In this document: one piece after another, positions 18,067 to 28,592 of the stretch
Numbering within the stretch: position 1 is the first letter of the stretch
How the letters are laid out: every line of letters starts with the position of its first letter
Origin: a virus
Taxonomy: Duplodnaviria; Caudoviricetes
DNA length: 64,000 bases
IMG/VR virus record: IMGVR_UViG_3300037424_001021
Span: 1-64,000 of that record
Strand: one strand, 5' to 3'
Program-made: the position numbers and the translations under genes
Notes under the pieces: generated by a model
Seen by the model: only the letters and a program-made list of their open reading frames with translations
Told to the model about the DNA's origin: nothing
Database searches by the model: none

Positions 18067-19299
18067 ATGAGTTTTAATAGCGTTGGCCAATATTCGGCAA
18101 ATCATAAAGGATGGGATCATGTAGGAAATTTAATCCCAGATGTAGAGCACAGCGAAGGTATTCGTCCTGCGAGTGGATTTCGTCCAGCAGCTTGGCTTCC
18201 AGTTCAGTTTTATGAGAAATCTTACGAAAACTGGATTGTTGTCATGCCTGGTAAATCAATTTGTTTTGACAATGATGGCCGAATTGTTCCTACTCAATAT
18301 GGATTAAGTGGAGCAACTATCACTTACACGGCAAGCGATTTAGCTGCTGGAGTTATTGATGTTCGAACGGGTGTCGCTCTAGTAGCTGGTGGCGTTGGGA
18401 CTTTCAATGTTTCCGCTGTAACTGACTTCATGGGTCGCGGAGTAGAAGCTCTTGCTCTTAGCAAGCATGTGGGTGTTCTTTCTTATCCAGCTCTTCAATG
18501 GGCTGGCGATGGCAGTGCTGACGATGATGGTTACAACCCTGCAGCTCTACGTCAACATAACTATATTATGCAAACTGGAACTGCGATTCTTTGCGACTAT
18601 GTTTTACAGTTACCATTAATGCCAGCAACTACTTCTGCTGAAAGTCTTACACAAGATAGCCATGTTGGTCAAGTTCAGACTTTCACAGCTTTAAGTAATC
18701 TTCCTGTAGCTACCAATACAATGCGCACTCCATTAACATTTGCTGATGGAACTTTAACTGATTCTGCAACTCGTTTTGTGAATCAAGTAACAGATTCAAC
18801 TGAAATTCTTGCGCTAGGAGACTGGACTATTGATTACGCAACTGGCGTTATTCAATGTTGGGCTGATGCACCTTTAGGTGTTGGTAATCTCTATGCTCTT
18901 ACTTATAGTCATTATGCTTCAGCTCCAACTGGTTCAAGCGTGAGCAAATTTGCTTGCGTTCTTGGTGATGTTACTCCTGGTGATTTTCTTAAAGTTAATG
19001 CAGATTCTAACTTGGTAAAGGCCACTCCAAAGACTTACGGAGATGGCGTAACTGATAATTTTGATACTTTTGCTGATATTGTTGGTCAAGTATTAGCAGT
19101 TCTTACTGAACCTGTTGATTTACTAGATAGAGTTCGTACTGCTTATGATTCTTTAAACTCATCGGCTGCTGGCGCATATCCTGGTTATGCTGGTCAAATG
19201 GATCAAATGCCAGGTTCTGCAACTGGTGGAGTTGGGGCTCTTGTTCATTATGCAGGTGCAGCTGATAAATTAGTAATCGTTAATCTAATTTCACGATAA
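18067..19299 (+). CDS. Head decoration / minor capsid protein
   Basis: Lies between protease and MCP; GGAGG SD; Gly/Thr/Ala-rich beta composition; highly-expressed codon pattern. Confidence 0.6.
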   Translation: MSFNSVGQYSANHKGWDHVGNLIPDVEHSEGIRPASGFRPAAWLPVQFYEKSYENWIVVMPGKSICFDNDGRIVPTQYGLSGATITYTASDLAAGVIDVRTGVALVAGGVGTFNVSAVTDFMGRGVEALALSKHVGVLSYPALQWAGDGSADDDGYNPAALRQHNYIMQTGTAILCDYVLQLPLMPATTSAESLTQDSHVGQVQTFTALSNLPVATNTMRTPLTFADGTLTDSATRFVNQVTDSTEILALGDWTIDYATGVIQCWADAPLGVGNLYALTYSHYASAPTGSSVSKFACVLGDVTPGDFLKVNADSNLVKATPKTYGDGVTDNFDTFADIVGQVLAVLTEPVDLLDRVRTAYDSLNSSAAGAYPGYAGQMDQMPGSATGGVGALVHYAGAADKLVIVNLISR

Positions 19300-19333
19300 G
19301 TGGCACGAATATAAGGAGGTTTTAAATAAACAA

Positions 19334-20575
19334 ATGGCAGATATCAAATTTGAAGATGTAGCACAATATGAATGGATGTGGCGCAATAATGGATTGCATC
19401 CAGAGGATCATAAAACTCGCATTGAGTTAAAGGACGTTCTTTCTACTCAGAATGCTCCCATGTTTATGCCAAAGGTAATCTCGAATATTGTTAAAGAAGC
19501 GGCTGAACCTTATATGATTGCTACGAGTTTACTAACTCGAATTAGTTATACTTATGGCCAGGCAATTTCTTTTCCAGCAGTTGGTGCAATCACTGTAGCC
19601 GATATGGCAGAAGGTGATGAATACCCAGAACGATCAATGTCTGCTGGTGGATCGACGGTTACTGCAACTATCGGTAAAGTCGGTGCGGCAATTAAAATTA
19701 CCGAAGAAATGATTCGTTATTCTCAATATGACATTATTGGATTACATCTTCGTGCAGCTGGTAAAGGTTTTGCTCGCCATAAGGAAGGCAAGATTTTTGC
19801 TTATATCAAGAAAATGGGAGCTTGTGTATTTGATAACTTAACTCCAACTGGTTCAGTTAAAGGTGTTACTACTGGTCGAGATCTTCAAGGTGCTGGCAAC
19901 GGTTCGTTTACTATGGACGATCTTTTTGACATGTACGCTCAAGTTCTCCATCAAGGTTTTATTCCTAATACCTTACTTTTACATCCTCTGTCTTGGGTCA
20001 TGTTTATTAAAGATCCCACTCTTCGCGCATTTGCTCTTGCAAATGGCGGTGGAACTATGTTTGCAGGTTGGAATGGCTCTCCTGCAGGTCAAGCTCCTTG
20101 GCAGAATGGAGCCCAAGGTAAGCTAGGTATGGGCGTAGGTCAAAATATCGTACCTGGTGGTGCAGCATCTGGCGATGCAGCTACTGCTCTTACTGGTTAC
20201 TCTCAAATGATTAGTTCGTCTCCAATGATTCCCAGTTATTTTAATGTGCCTTTCCGTATCCTTGTATCTCCTCTGGTTCCATTTGATCCACGTCGTAAAC
20301 TAACCGATATCTATATGTTCGACGCCTCTGAATTAGGCGCTCTCATTGTAGATGAAGAACTCTCAACTGAAGAATGGACAGATCCAGCTCGGGATATTCG
20401 AAAGATTAAGATGCGTGAGCGCTATGCGGTTGGCATCTTTAATGAAGGCCAAGCTATTGCTGTCGCTAAAAATGTACATGTTGTGCCAAATCAAGTTGTT
20501 CTGCCTGCTCAGGCTCATCTTGATGCATCTGGTTCTCTTGCTGAAATTGATCCATTAGCTAGTGTTCTTTCGTAA
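19334..20575 (+). CDS. Major capsid protein (HK97-like fold)
   Basis: 413 aa; KEAAEP...ISFPAVGA...AEGDEYPE...IGKVGAAIKITEEMIRYSQYDII and KIKMRERYAVGI pattern; TAAGGAGG SD; strong terminator downstream. Confidence 0.85.
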   Translation: MADIKFEDVAQYEWMWRNNGLHPEDHKTRIELKDVLSTQNAPMFMPKVISNIVKEAAEPYMIATSLLTRISYTYGQAISFPAVGAITVADMAEGDEYPERSMSAGGSTVTATIGKVGAAIKITEEMIRYSQYDIIGLHLRAAGKGFARHKEGKIFAYIKKMGACVFDNLTPTGSVKGVTTGRDLQGAGNGSFTMDDLFDMYAQVLHQGFIPNTLLLHPLSWVMFIKDPTLRAFALANGGGTMFAGWNGSPAGQAPWQNGAQGKLGMGVGQNIVPGGAASGDAATALTGYSQMISSSPMIPSYFNVPFRILVSPLVPFDPRRKLTDIYMFDASELGALIVDEELSTEEWTDPARDIRKIKMRERYAVGIFNEGQAIAVAKNVHVVPNQVVLPAQAHLDASGSLAEIDPLASVLS

Positions 20576-20600
20576 GCTATTCACGTTATAAATAGTCTAT

Positions 20601-20634
20601 AAAAAAGGAACCGACTTGGCGGTTCCTTTTTTTT
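20601..20634 (+). terminator. Rho-independent (possibly bidirectional) terminator after the MCP gene
   Basis: AAAAAAGGAACCG-acttgg-CGGTTCCTTTTTTTT. Confidence 0.9.
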
Positions 20635-20674
20635 CTCTTTAATGTTATAATCAAGCATATAGAAAGGGGCTATA

Positions 20675-21265
20675 ATGCTTGAAATTTCATTAAATAATCC
20701 AGATTTATATCCAATATGGAATCTGTTAGGTACAGATATCTTTTTAACGTATGAGAATTCTAAGCCTTATAAAATTGACGAAACTAAGTTAACTTATCAA
20801 CAAAAATATAATTTAGCTCAGGCTATTAAATCTAATATTATCAAAGTCCATAACCGTGATGTTATAGGATCTAATACTTTTAAATCTCAAACTCAATTAA
20901 TTGAAGAAACAAGGTTTAATAAAATTCAAAAAATGCGGGATTTTCTTAATCAGCAATTAAAACTACTTAAGTCAGAAATAAAAAATCAAACCATTAGTGA
21001 TTTGCATCTTTTATTAGACGAAGAAAAACAAGGAAAAGCTCGTAAAAGTGTTATTGAGATTATTCAAAAAAGTATCTCTAAACATCAGAAGGATGTATTT
21101 GAACAATTAAACCAAAATATTCAAGATATTCCAGATAAAGATTTAGAATTACAAGAATTACAAGCTTTTTTAGGTAAAGCAGAATATACTGATCGTATTA
21201 AATTTGATTTAGAAGATGACAAGGATCATAAAATCATAATCACATATGGAGTGAATGAAGATTAA
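20675..21265 (+). CDS. Hypothetical basic/helical protein
   Basis: 196-aa ORF with AAAGGGG SD and a TATAAT just downstream of the MCP terminator. Confidence 0.65.
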   Translation: MLEISLNNPDLYPIWNLLGTDIFLTYENSKPYKIDETKLTYQQKYNLAQAIKSNIIKVHNRDVIGSNTFKSQTQLIEETRFNKIQKMRDFLNQQLKLLKSEIKNQTISDLHLLLDEEKQGKARKSVIEIIQKSISKHQKDVFEQLNQNIQDIPDKDLELQELQAFLGKAEYTDRIKFDLEDDKDHKIIITYGVNED

Positions 21266-22026
21266 TGGCAACAATCTCTGAAATTATTGATAACTATTAT
21301 CCTGCCGAAGGAGATGTTTCAGTCCCATTGCTTGCTGATATATCTATTCTTTTTGACAGAGAGATGGATGAAGACAATCTCGAAGAAAATATATTCATTA
21401 GCGGACCAGATACAGATCAGTTTGTTGGGATCGATTTAGAATTATTAGTAGATCCTGCAAATATCTCTCAAGGAGATGATTTTCTGACATCACCAAGTCA
21501 TACAGGTATCATGACTGGAACCTATACTTTTACTAAAATTGATATGATAGATGAAACCTTAGAAGTCGCAGTAGCCCCTTATAGGACTAAGTTAACTATT
21601 GCTCCTACAAGAGCAATGTCTGCTTTGACTTCCTATACTTTACACATGCCTGAAGTTAAAGGATTAGATGGAACTATTTATGAAGGATATTATACATTCA
21701 GTTGGACAACTGGTACTGGATCTATTCAAGCTTTGCCAAGTAGTGGATCTACTTCTGTATTAGGTATAACTGGTTCAGTTGATACAACTGAATTAACCGT
21801 ATTAAAGACAACTCCCGCCGATCACGGAATTCAAATTAAACCAATAACTAAAGATATTACTATCGAATTTTCAGCACGTTTAGATTCTAGTACTGTTACT
21901 GAAGATAAATTTATCATTACTGCAGAACCTGCAACTGATCATCCAAGTGCTGGAGTTACATATTCAGAAAATGAATTGGTTAAATCTCTTACTATTGATG
22001 ATAATAAAGTAATAATTCATATTTAA
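21265..22026 (+). CDS. Ig-like (SbsA/Big_5-type) domain virion protein
   Basis: Two segments of the type YPAEGDVSVPLLADISILFDREMD and TPADHGIQIKPITKDITIEFSARLD. Confidence 0.65.
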   Translation: MATISEIIDNYYPAEGDVSVPLLADISILFDREMDEDNLEENIFISGPDTDQFVGIDLELLVDPANISQGDDFLTSPSHTGIMTGTYTFTKIDMIDETLEVAVAPYRTKLTIAPTRAMSALTSYTLHMPEVKGLDGTIYEGYYTFSWTTGTGSIQALPSSGSTSVLGITGSVDTTELTVLKTTPADHGIQIKPITKDITIEFSARLDSSTVTEDKFIITAEPATDHPSAGVTYSENELVKSLTIDDNKVIIHI

Positions 22027-22045
22027 TATATGAATTAGAGGAATT

Positions 22046-22071
22046 CCGCCATTTTTTTCAGAAAAAGGCGG
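22046..22071. other. Intergenic hairpin CCGCC...AAAAAGGCGG
   Basis: CCGCC-a-TTTTT-ttcag-AAAAA-GGCGG immediately before the fibre gene. Confidence 0.45.
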
Positions 22072-22080
22072 GTTATTGTT

Positions 22081-23595
22081 ATGTCAAGTAATTTAGAAAT
22101 TCACAAAATAGAACATTTACAATTAGGATATAGTCTAACTGCTTCTGGAATAGAAGACATAGTTGATGAACATATTGCAGATCTAAATATTCATTATATT
22201 CAATCAGATATTGACCATGGAACAGTTAGTGGACTGGAAGATAACGATCATCCACAGTATTTATTAATTGAAGATATCGTAGACATAGATCATGGAACTA
22301 TTAGTGGTCTTTTAGATGATGATCATTCTCAATATCTTCTTCTCGCAGGACGCACAGGAGGACAAATTGTCACTGGAGGAACCGCTTCAGGAGATGATTT
22401 AACTCTCTATTCTACTTCTCATGCAACTAAAGGAAGTATTAATATTGGAACTGATTTATCTGAAGTAACAATTATCAATCATCAATTTCCCGCAGGTGGC
22501 GATAATATAGAAATCAACGCTTTGGGAACTGGTAATAGACTGGCTTTTATAGATTTTCACGGTGATGATACCTATACAGATTACGGTTTGCGTATAATAA
22601 GAACTAGTGCAGGAGCTAACGCTCCTTCTTCCATAGCACATAGAGGAACGGGCGAATTTTCTTTTTCTGCTCCTGAAGGAGCAAACTGGTATTTTTCAGG
22701 TGGAACCGTAGGTATAGGAACTACTGCTCCTCATGCAGGAGTTGGTTGGGCTAAATTTGCTATTGATGGAGCAGGAACCACTTCAGGAGGTGCTCATCTT
22801 CAGTTTACTACCACTTCAGATGATTATCCTTTGTTGCAGATTCTAAATTATACTCACGATAATATTAGTCTTTTCTTTGATTCATTTTACGATGGCTCTT
22901 TTAAATCATCTGATGCTGGTAGTAACTTTTGTATCCGCAAAACTGGCGATTTATTTTCTATTCAATATGATTCTGGCATAGCAGTAGGTAGTGTATTAAC
23001 CTGGAATACTGCTGGTTTTATAATGAATACTTCTGGCAATGTAGGTATAGGTGTAAATCCTGCTTATCGGCTAGATGTAGTAACTTCTTCAGTAACCAAC
23101 GTAGCCAGGTTTTTTAATGACGGTAATTCTGCGTCATACGGTGGTATTATTATTCAAGCCGGGACGGACGATGGATCAGGAACTGTGTTGTTTTTACAAG
23201 CAAACGACGGCGACGGAACAGCAACCGGTTATTTAAGATCGGTTGAAGGAGTGTTTGCTTTAATAGACGTTTCAGATGCCCGGGTTAAAGAAAATATAAC
23301 TGATACAAGAATAGATGGGCTGGATATAATTAAAAATATACCAGTAAAAGCTTTTAGTTACAAAAAACAAAAATTAAATGCAGCCAATCATTCTGCTGGT
23401 TTTATTGCACAGGATTTACAGCAAATTTTTCCAGAAGCTGTAACTGAAATAGATGGAATACTTGGGGTAAGCAAAGATACACTTATACCTGTTTTGGTTA
23501 AAGCAGTGCAAGAATTAACTGAACAAAATAATGAATTATTAAAACGAATTGAACAATTAGAATTAAAATTGAAAAAACATGATTCAGTTATATGA
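22081..23595 (+). CDS. Fibre/spike protein with C-terminal peptidase S74 intramolecular chaperone
   Basis: SDARVKENI...GFIAQDLQQIFPEAV...LIPVLVKAVQEL plus terminal coiled coil. Repeated VGIGT/VGIGV fibre motifs. N-terminal DHGTxSGLxDxDHxQY tandem repeat. Confidence 0.85.
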   Translation: MSSNLEIHKIEHLQLGYSLTASGIEDIVDEHIADLNIHYIQSDIDHGTVSGLEDNDHPQYLLIEDIVDIDHGTISGLLDDDHSQYLLLAGRTGGQIVTGGTASGDDLTLYSTSHATKGSINIGTDLSEVTIINHQFPAGGDNIEINALGTGNRLAFIDFHGDDTYTDYGLRIIRTSAGANAPSSIAHRGTGEFSFSAPEGANWYFSGGTVGIGTTAPHAGVGWAKFAIDGAGTTSGGAHLQFTTTSDDYPLLQILNYTHDNISLFFDSFYDGSFKSSDAGSNFCIRKTGDLFSIQYDSGIAVGSVLTWNTAGFIMNTSGNVGIGVNPAYRLDVVTSSVTNVARFFNDGNSASYGGIIIQAGTDDGSGTVLFLQANDGDGTATGYLRSVEGVFALIDVSDARVKENITDTRIDGLDIIKNIPVKAFSYKKQKLNAANHSAGFIAQDLQQIFPEAVTEIDGILGVSKDTLIPVLVKAVQELTEQNNELLKRIEQLELKLKKHDSVI

Positions 23596-23615
23596 TTAGT
23601 TGATTAGGAGAAATC

Positions 23616-24590
23616 ATGGCTAGAAGTGTGCAAGCTGGAGACTCGATTGCTTTAAGAACTCAGTTTCTTGACGATCAAGGGCATGTAAAACAGCCATCTC
23701 CAGTAAGTATTTTTCTTTTTGAACCAGATATAGATACTACAGACCTATCTTTAGCCTTAGTTAGCGGAGAGCCCTCGTATTTAGGGAATGGCATTTGCGA
23801 GTATATCTATACTCCAGTTAACGATGTCATTGCAGGAGAATGGGCAGATAGATGGCAAGGTACAATTAACGGACAAGTATTAGATACAACTTTTAGTTTT
23901 ACAGTTACTAATTCTGGAGAAATTTTAGATTTGCCAGATCAGTTATTTCGCAATAATATCATTGAAATTACTATAGCGTCTGGTATTCAAGGTATAGATG
24001 GTTCTGTAATGACAGAACCATATACTTTTACTTTTATGACAGAAACTTTTCCAAGTTATTCTAATATCAGAAAAATTCGTTTAGAATATGGCGGATATAT
24101 TCCAAATATAGAAGATGATACGATTCAATTGGCAATTCTGGAAGCGTCTTTAAGCGCAGATGATTTAGTTTTTTCACAAACAAAGAATACAAAATTTTTG
24201 AGTGCTATTAAGCGAGAATGGGTCACTTGTAAAGTGGCTTTAACTTTAGTGCATAATTTATCTCATTCCTTGATTAAATCTAAGTCATTAGCAGATTTTT
24301 CAGTATCATATGACACTAATACTTTGAGAGATGCAATGGCAAAAGCCTATAGCTGTTTAGAAAGATGGGAGCCACAACTAATGGCAGGTGGTTACGCCAT
24401 TGATGCTCAACAAGCCCGTGGAGTAGTCAAAGGAGAGTTGGATCCTGATAGACCAAAAATTGGCAGAACTTGGTTTGATGCGGGAGAAATAAATAGTGAT
24501 TCAAGATTACCTGCTGCCAATACAAAAGATCTTGCAACAACTCAAAGGCGTTACAAATCGATGCATAGTAGACGCAAAAGGAGTTGGTAA
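23616..24590 (+). CDS. Putative head-tail connector/neck protein
   Basis: Position between head and sheath; KSKSLADFSVSYD adaptor-like segment; AGGAG SD. Confidence 0.45.
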   Translation: MARSVQAGDSIALRTQFLDDQGHVKQPSPVSIFLFEPDIDTTDLSLALVSGEPSYLGNGICEYIYTPVNDVIAGEWADRWQGTINGQVLDTTFSFTVTNSGEILDLPDQLFRNNIIEITIASGIQGIDGSVMTEPYTFTFMTETFPSYSNIRKIRLEYGGYIPNIEDDTIQLAILEASLSADDLVFSQTKNTKFLSAIKREWVTCKVALTLVHNLSHSLIKSKSLADFSVSYDTNTLRDAMAKAYSCLERWEPQLMAGGYAIDAQQARGVVKGELDPDRPKIGRTWFDAGEINSDSRLPAANTKDLATTQRRYKSMHSRRKRSW

Positions 24591-25150
24591 TGGGAAAATG
24601 GCAACCATATCCAAGACGTTCTGAAATAGATTTAAGAACAGAAATGGACAATACTTTATCAGGAGTTTTTCCTGAAATTTCTAAAACTCAAAAAGTAGTT
24701 TTACGAAAAATGCGAAGAGATAATGATGGGAATTTGATTAAATGCGCTTGCGTAGACGAAGTTACTAGAGAACCTGATCTTGATAGTTTTTGCCCACTTT
24801 GTAATGGATCAGGAAACTATTGGGATGAAATCTTTGTAGATGTTTATCGTTCATCAAGTTTGGAATCTCCATCTACTCAAGCCTTATCTGATAAGTTATA
24901 TGCCACTGGATTACATAATATTCCATTGGTAGTTTTTTATACCAGATATACAGAAGATATAACAGAAGATGACAAGATTATTGAATTAGTTTTAAACAAA
25001 GAAGGGGAAATTATTCAACCGCCTCGAAGACGAAGATTATTTAGAATTGTCAGAGCGACAGATTATAGACTCGAAAATGGCAGGCTAGAGTTTTGGGGTT
25101 TACATTGTTTTCAAGAAGAAATAAGATTTTTGAATGGATTTAACGGATAA
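24590..25150 (+). CDS. Putative neck/head-closure protein with a Zn-ribbon
   Basis: KCAC...FCPLCNGSG motif; start overlaps the previous stop (TAATG). Confidence 0.5.
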   Translation: MGKWQPYPRRSEIDLRTEMDNTLSGVFPEISKTQKVVLRKMRRDNDGNLIKCACVDEVTREPDLDSFCPLCNGSGNYWDEIFVDVYRSSSLESPSTQALSDKLYATGLHNIPLVVFYTRYTEDITEDDKIIELVLNKEGEIIQPPRRRRLFRIVRATDYRLENGRLEFWGLHCFQEEIRFLNGFNG

Positions 25151-25861
25151 ATGAGTATATTACAAGATCTCCTTAGCGAAGAGTTAACTGAAAATAATGT
25201 CAGAATGCATGTTCAATATGTATATGATAATTTACTTGAACGATCAACTCATATTACCGATGAAAGAGTTAGAAGTCCTAAACCTGCAAAATCCTTAATT
25301 GAAGTTTATAGTCTAATAAAGAATGTTATCGATAATTATCAAGAACGTGCAAGTATTCCTGCAAGTCATAAAGTAATTTTTACAGAAGAAGAACCGGATG
25401 CCAAAGCTCAACAGGAAATGATTACGTATTCATTAGTTAGAAGAGAACCTGGAGCAATGGGACAAGGTTCTCCTTTTCAATCTAATGTTCATAATCTAAA
25501 ATCGAGATTCCGAGAAGAGTACGATGATGCAGAGAATCCGGGTTATCGTACTATGGTATCAGGTTATTGGCATGATAATTTAATTCGTTTAACCTGCTGG
25601 GCAAGAACTAATAAAGCTGCTAATGCTAGAGCTCAATGGCTAGAAGATATGCTTGAAGAATATTCATGGTTCTTTAAAGCAGAGGGAGTGGATAGATTTA
25701 TTTATTGGGAACAACAAGCGGATATGTCGTTAGATATTCAAGGGAATAAATGGTATGGGCGTCCTTTAGATTATTTTATTCGCACAGAAACTATCCGCAC
25801 TTTTTCAGAAAAAAAGATTGAAGAAATTATCATTAAATTGTCAACGAAATTGACTCCTTAA
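25151..25861 (+). CDS. Putative tail completion/terminator protein
   Basis: Immediately upstream of the sheath gene; alpha/beta pattern (DNLIRLTCWARTNKAANARAQWLED). Confidence 0.45.
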   Translation: MSILQDLLSEELTENNVRMHVQYVYDNLLERSTHITDERVRSPKPAKSLIEVYSLIKNVIDNYQERASIPASHKVIFTEEEPDAKAQQEMITYSLVRREPGAMGQGSPFQSNVHNLKSRFREEYDDAENPGYRTMVSGYWHDNLIRLTCWARTNKAANARAQWLEDMLEEYSWFFKAEGVDRFIYWEQQADMSLDIQGNKWYGRPLDYFIRTETIRTFSEKKIEEIIIKLSTKLTP

Positions 25862-25923
25862 TCATCTAAAAAGATGACAAGATTGGGTCTTGTTGTATTA
25901 TTACTATTGAATGAGTAGTAATA
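25862..25923. promoter_or_regulatory. Three short inverted repeats upstream of the sheath gene
   Basis: TCATCT/AGATGA, ACAAGA/TCTTGT and TATTACTA/TAGTAATA. Short and AT-rich, so partly expected by chance. Confidence 0.25.
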
Positions 25924-25962
25924 TGCATACTCGAATTTTATAGTTTTATGGAGGAATAAACG

Positions 25963-27861
25963 ATGCCTTTTGAAAATCTCCCAGGAATTTTTAGTACCAA
26001 ATTAGACGGTAATTTATCAGTCGTGCCAGTGAATACGAATCCAGTTACTCTTGTAATCGGAACTGCAACCAAGGGCGATACTGAAACTTTATATCGAGTA
26101 GATCGGACTTCTGATGCAGTCAAAACATATGGTAAAACTGGAAGTCTCATTCGTGGTATGTTTGAGGTGGCTATCGGTGGAGCGATTAATATCAATTTAT
26201 TTCGCATTGGCGCCACCTCTGCGTTGTTAGAAGATATTGGTAGTACAGGCGGCTTAACTCTTGAAACTGTTCGTAAAGACGATTCAGCTGGTACAGATTA
26301 TAAGGTGTTTTTTGATGCAACCACACAGCGATTACGAGTTTATCGAGTTTCTGATGATGAAGTTGTATGGGATAACAATCCAGCTTATCCAACTGAATCT
26401 ATCGACTTAGGTGAAGTTTCAGTTACAGGTACTACAGATGGTAGCGCTGGAGATATTGGTTCCCTAGCGACACCAATCACAATGGCTGCAGCTGACGGCA
26501 TTAGCGGAGCTAATTATACCGCTGGAACTGACGGAACGAGTCTTTCTCGTATGAAACTTTACGAGCATTTATACACTGCATATGAATTACTTAGTGATCA
26601 ACTTCTTGATTTTGTCGTTCCTATGAATGTCTATTTAGATGATTTAAATGTTATGGATGTTTCAGCTGCTACAGTTTCTAGTTTGGGTTTAGCAACGTTA
26701 TCTGATTATCCAACTGCTGGAGCTGACGATGATGCGTTGGGCAAGTTATTTGTTCAAGAGTATGAAGGTAAAAACCATTTTTGGTGGTGGTTGCCCAGTG
26801 ATCCAGCTGCAGATGTCGATACAACCTTTACTTCGGATTCTGGAGCTAATATTTTCCCATCAGTAGGACTTGCAGATGCTACCCATGATGCAGATGGCAA
26901 CGTTTTAACCGGAAGTAGCTTTCATGAAGTAAATTTTGCTTATCAATTAGCAGATTTCTGTTATCGGCAAAGTAATCAAAATACAGAAATGGTAGGATTT
27001 ATTGGCACTCTTCCTCCCGAATCACGTTCACTAAAAGATGTTACTATTTGGATCGGAAAATTACCAGTTACTACCGAAGATGCTAATGGCAATCTGACCG
27101 TTGTTACAAATGGCACTGGTCTACTTGGAAATAAGTTCATGAGTGGCAGAGTAACTGCAGGCGGAGTATTAGGATGGACCGTTGGAGGTATTGCCGCATT
27201 ATATAATGGAGGTTTAATTGCCACTGACGATGGTTGGCTAGACAGCGCTCAACAACAGGATGATAATGATCATTATATCGATATAGGCAAATATGTTTCT
27301 ATCGTTCCAGTATATCCTATCTTAAGTAATCCAGCTGTAACCACTTCTTATTCAGCAAGTGGTGCTCCTACTTATGCAGGATTTGTGTCAACTCTGCCTC
27401 CTGCGAGTGCGCCTACGAATAAAGTATTACGTTCGGTAGTGCTTCCATATCGCATTGGAACTGCAAAATTAGATCTTCTTGCAGGTCAACGCTTCGTATT
27501 TTTCCATCAAAAAGCTAAAGGGGTTGTCGTTTCTGATGCTCCAACTGCCGCTCGTCCAGATTCAGATTATCGTAGACTCTCAACTGTTCTAATTGTCAAA
27601 AATGTAATTAACAAGATTCGCGCAGTTGGAGAACCTTTCCTTGGCGAATCAATCACAGGGGCTCGCTTGGCAGCACTTGATACAGCTATTGAAAAAGAAC
27701 TTTCAACTTCTGTTCGCGATCAAGAGTTGACACGATACGAACATCGTTTAGTTGCTACTCCTGCAATGAAAGTTCTTGGACAAGCGACTGTCGAACTCAA
27801 ACTAGTACCTGCTTTCGAATTAAGACAGATTAGCATTATCGTTGGACTTTCAGCATCGTAA
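25963..27861 (+). CDS. Contractile tail sheath protein
   Basis: MPFENLPGIF...VTLVIGTATKG N-terminus; C-terminal RLSTVLIVKNVINKIRAVGEPFLGE...VELKLVPAFELRQISIIV; GGAGG SD. Confidence 0.88.
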   Translation: MPFENLPGIFSTKLDGNLSVVPVNTNPVTLVIGTATKGDTETLYRVDRTSDAVKTYGKTGSLIRGMFEVAIGGAININLFRIGATSALLEDIGSTGGLTLETVRKDDSAGTDYKVFFDATTQRLRVYRVSDDEVVWDNNPAYPTESIDLGEVSVTGTTDGSAGDIGSLATPITMAAADGISGANYTAGTDGTSLSRMKLYEHLYTAYELLSDQLLDFVVPMNVYLDDLNVMDVSAATVSSLGLATLSDYPTAGADDDALGKLFVQEYEGKNHFWWWLPSDPAADVDTTFTSDSGANIFPSVGLADATHDADGNVLTGSSFHEVNFAYQLADFCYRQSNQNTEMVGFIGTLPPESRSLKDVTIWIGKLPVTTEDANGNLTVVTNGTGLLGNKFMSGRVTAGGVLGWTVGGIAALYNGGLIATDDGWLDSAQQQDDNDHYIDIGKYVSIVPVYPILSNPAVTTSYSASGAPTYAGFVSTLPPASAPTNKVLRSVVLPYRIGTAKLDLLAGQRFVFFHQKAKGVVVSDAPTAARPDSDYRRLSTVLIVKNVINKIRAVGEPFLGESITGARLAALDTAIEKELSTSVRDQELTRYEHRLVATPAMKVLGQATVELKLVPAFELRQISIIVGLSAS

Positions 27862-27889
27862 TAAGGATTATTAGGAGGAATAGATAAAT

Positions 27890-28558
27890 ATGACGACTCA
27901 ATCTCAATATGGAAAAGGATATAATAGCTTTTCTGGTGTAGACATTAAAGGTGTTTTCGCTAGCAAGGTTATTGCAGAACTTCAGGCGATTTCTTGGTCA
28001 ATTACTCGTGAAAAAGCCCCCATTTATACAATGGGAAGTGCTGATCCTCGGTCGTTTTCCCGAGGAAAACGCGGTATCGCAGGCACTCTTATTTTTATCG
28101 TATTTGATCGACATGTTCTCTTAGGTAATTTAGGTATGTTTGCAGCTCAAGATCCAGGTCTGTATTTCTTATCAGACAAAGATGATGTTAAGCCTGCTGA
28201 TGCATCTCAACACGATCTTGCTACTGCTAATTTATCGTCTGCATTAAGTGGAACAGCTAGCGCTACGGTTCAAGCTCAAGAATCAGAACTATTAACTTCA
28301 ATCGAAGATGATCAAGAAGGTTCTCTTGCCTGGTATGCAGATCAAATTCCTCCAATTGACGTTACCCTTGCAGCTGCTAATGAATATGGAAGTCTTGCTG
28401 TAATGAGAATCTTTGGTGTTGAAATCATGAATGAAGGTTGTGGAGTTTCTATCGATGATATCGTAACTGAACAACAACATACTTATGTAGCTCGCACCAT
28501 CATTGGTTGGCGTCCAGTTAAGTATATCGATCCGGCTACAAAAATCTCTACTACTTAA
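27890..28558 (+). CDS. Tail tube protein (main paralogue)
   Basis: Follows the sheath; SFSGVDI...LQAISWSITREKAPIYTMG...RGKRGIAGTLIFIVFDR...DQIPPIDVTLAAANEYG; strong SD. Confidence 0.78.
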   Translation: MTTQSQYGKGYNSFSGVDIKGVFASKVIAELQAISWSITREKAPIYTMGSADPRSFSRGKRGIAGTLIFIVFDRHVLLGNLGMFAAQDPGLYFLSDKDDVKPADASQHDLATANLSSALSGTASATVQAQESELLTSIEDDQEGSLAWYADQIPPIDVTLAAANEYGSLAVMRIFGVEIMNEGCGVSIDDIVTEQQHTYVARTIIGWRPVKYIDPATKISTT

Positions 28559-28568
28559 AAGTAGGAAG

Positions 28569-28584
28569 GATGCTAGTTAGCATC
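28569..28584 (+). terminator. Short hairpin after the tube gene
   Basis: GATGCT-agtt-AGCATC; weak U-tract. Confidence 0.3.
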
Positions 28585-28592
28585 ATTATAAC

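Noticed and set aside
25862-25923. Structured ncRNA upstream of the sheath gene
   Set aside because: The stems are only 6-8 bp, AT-rich and partly overlapping; this is insufficient without covariation data.
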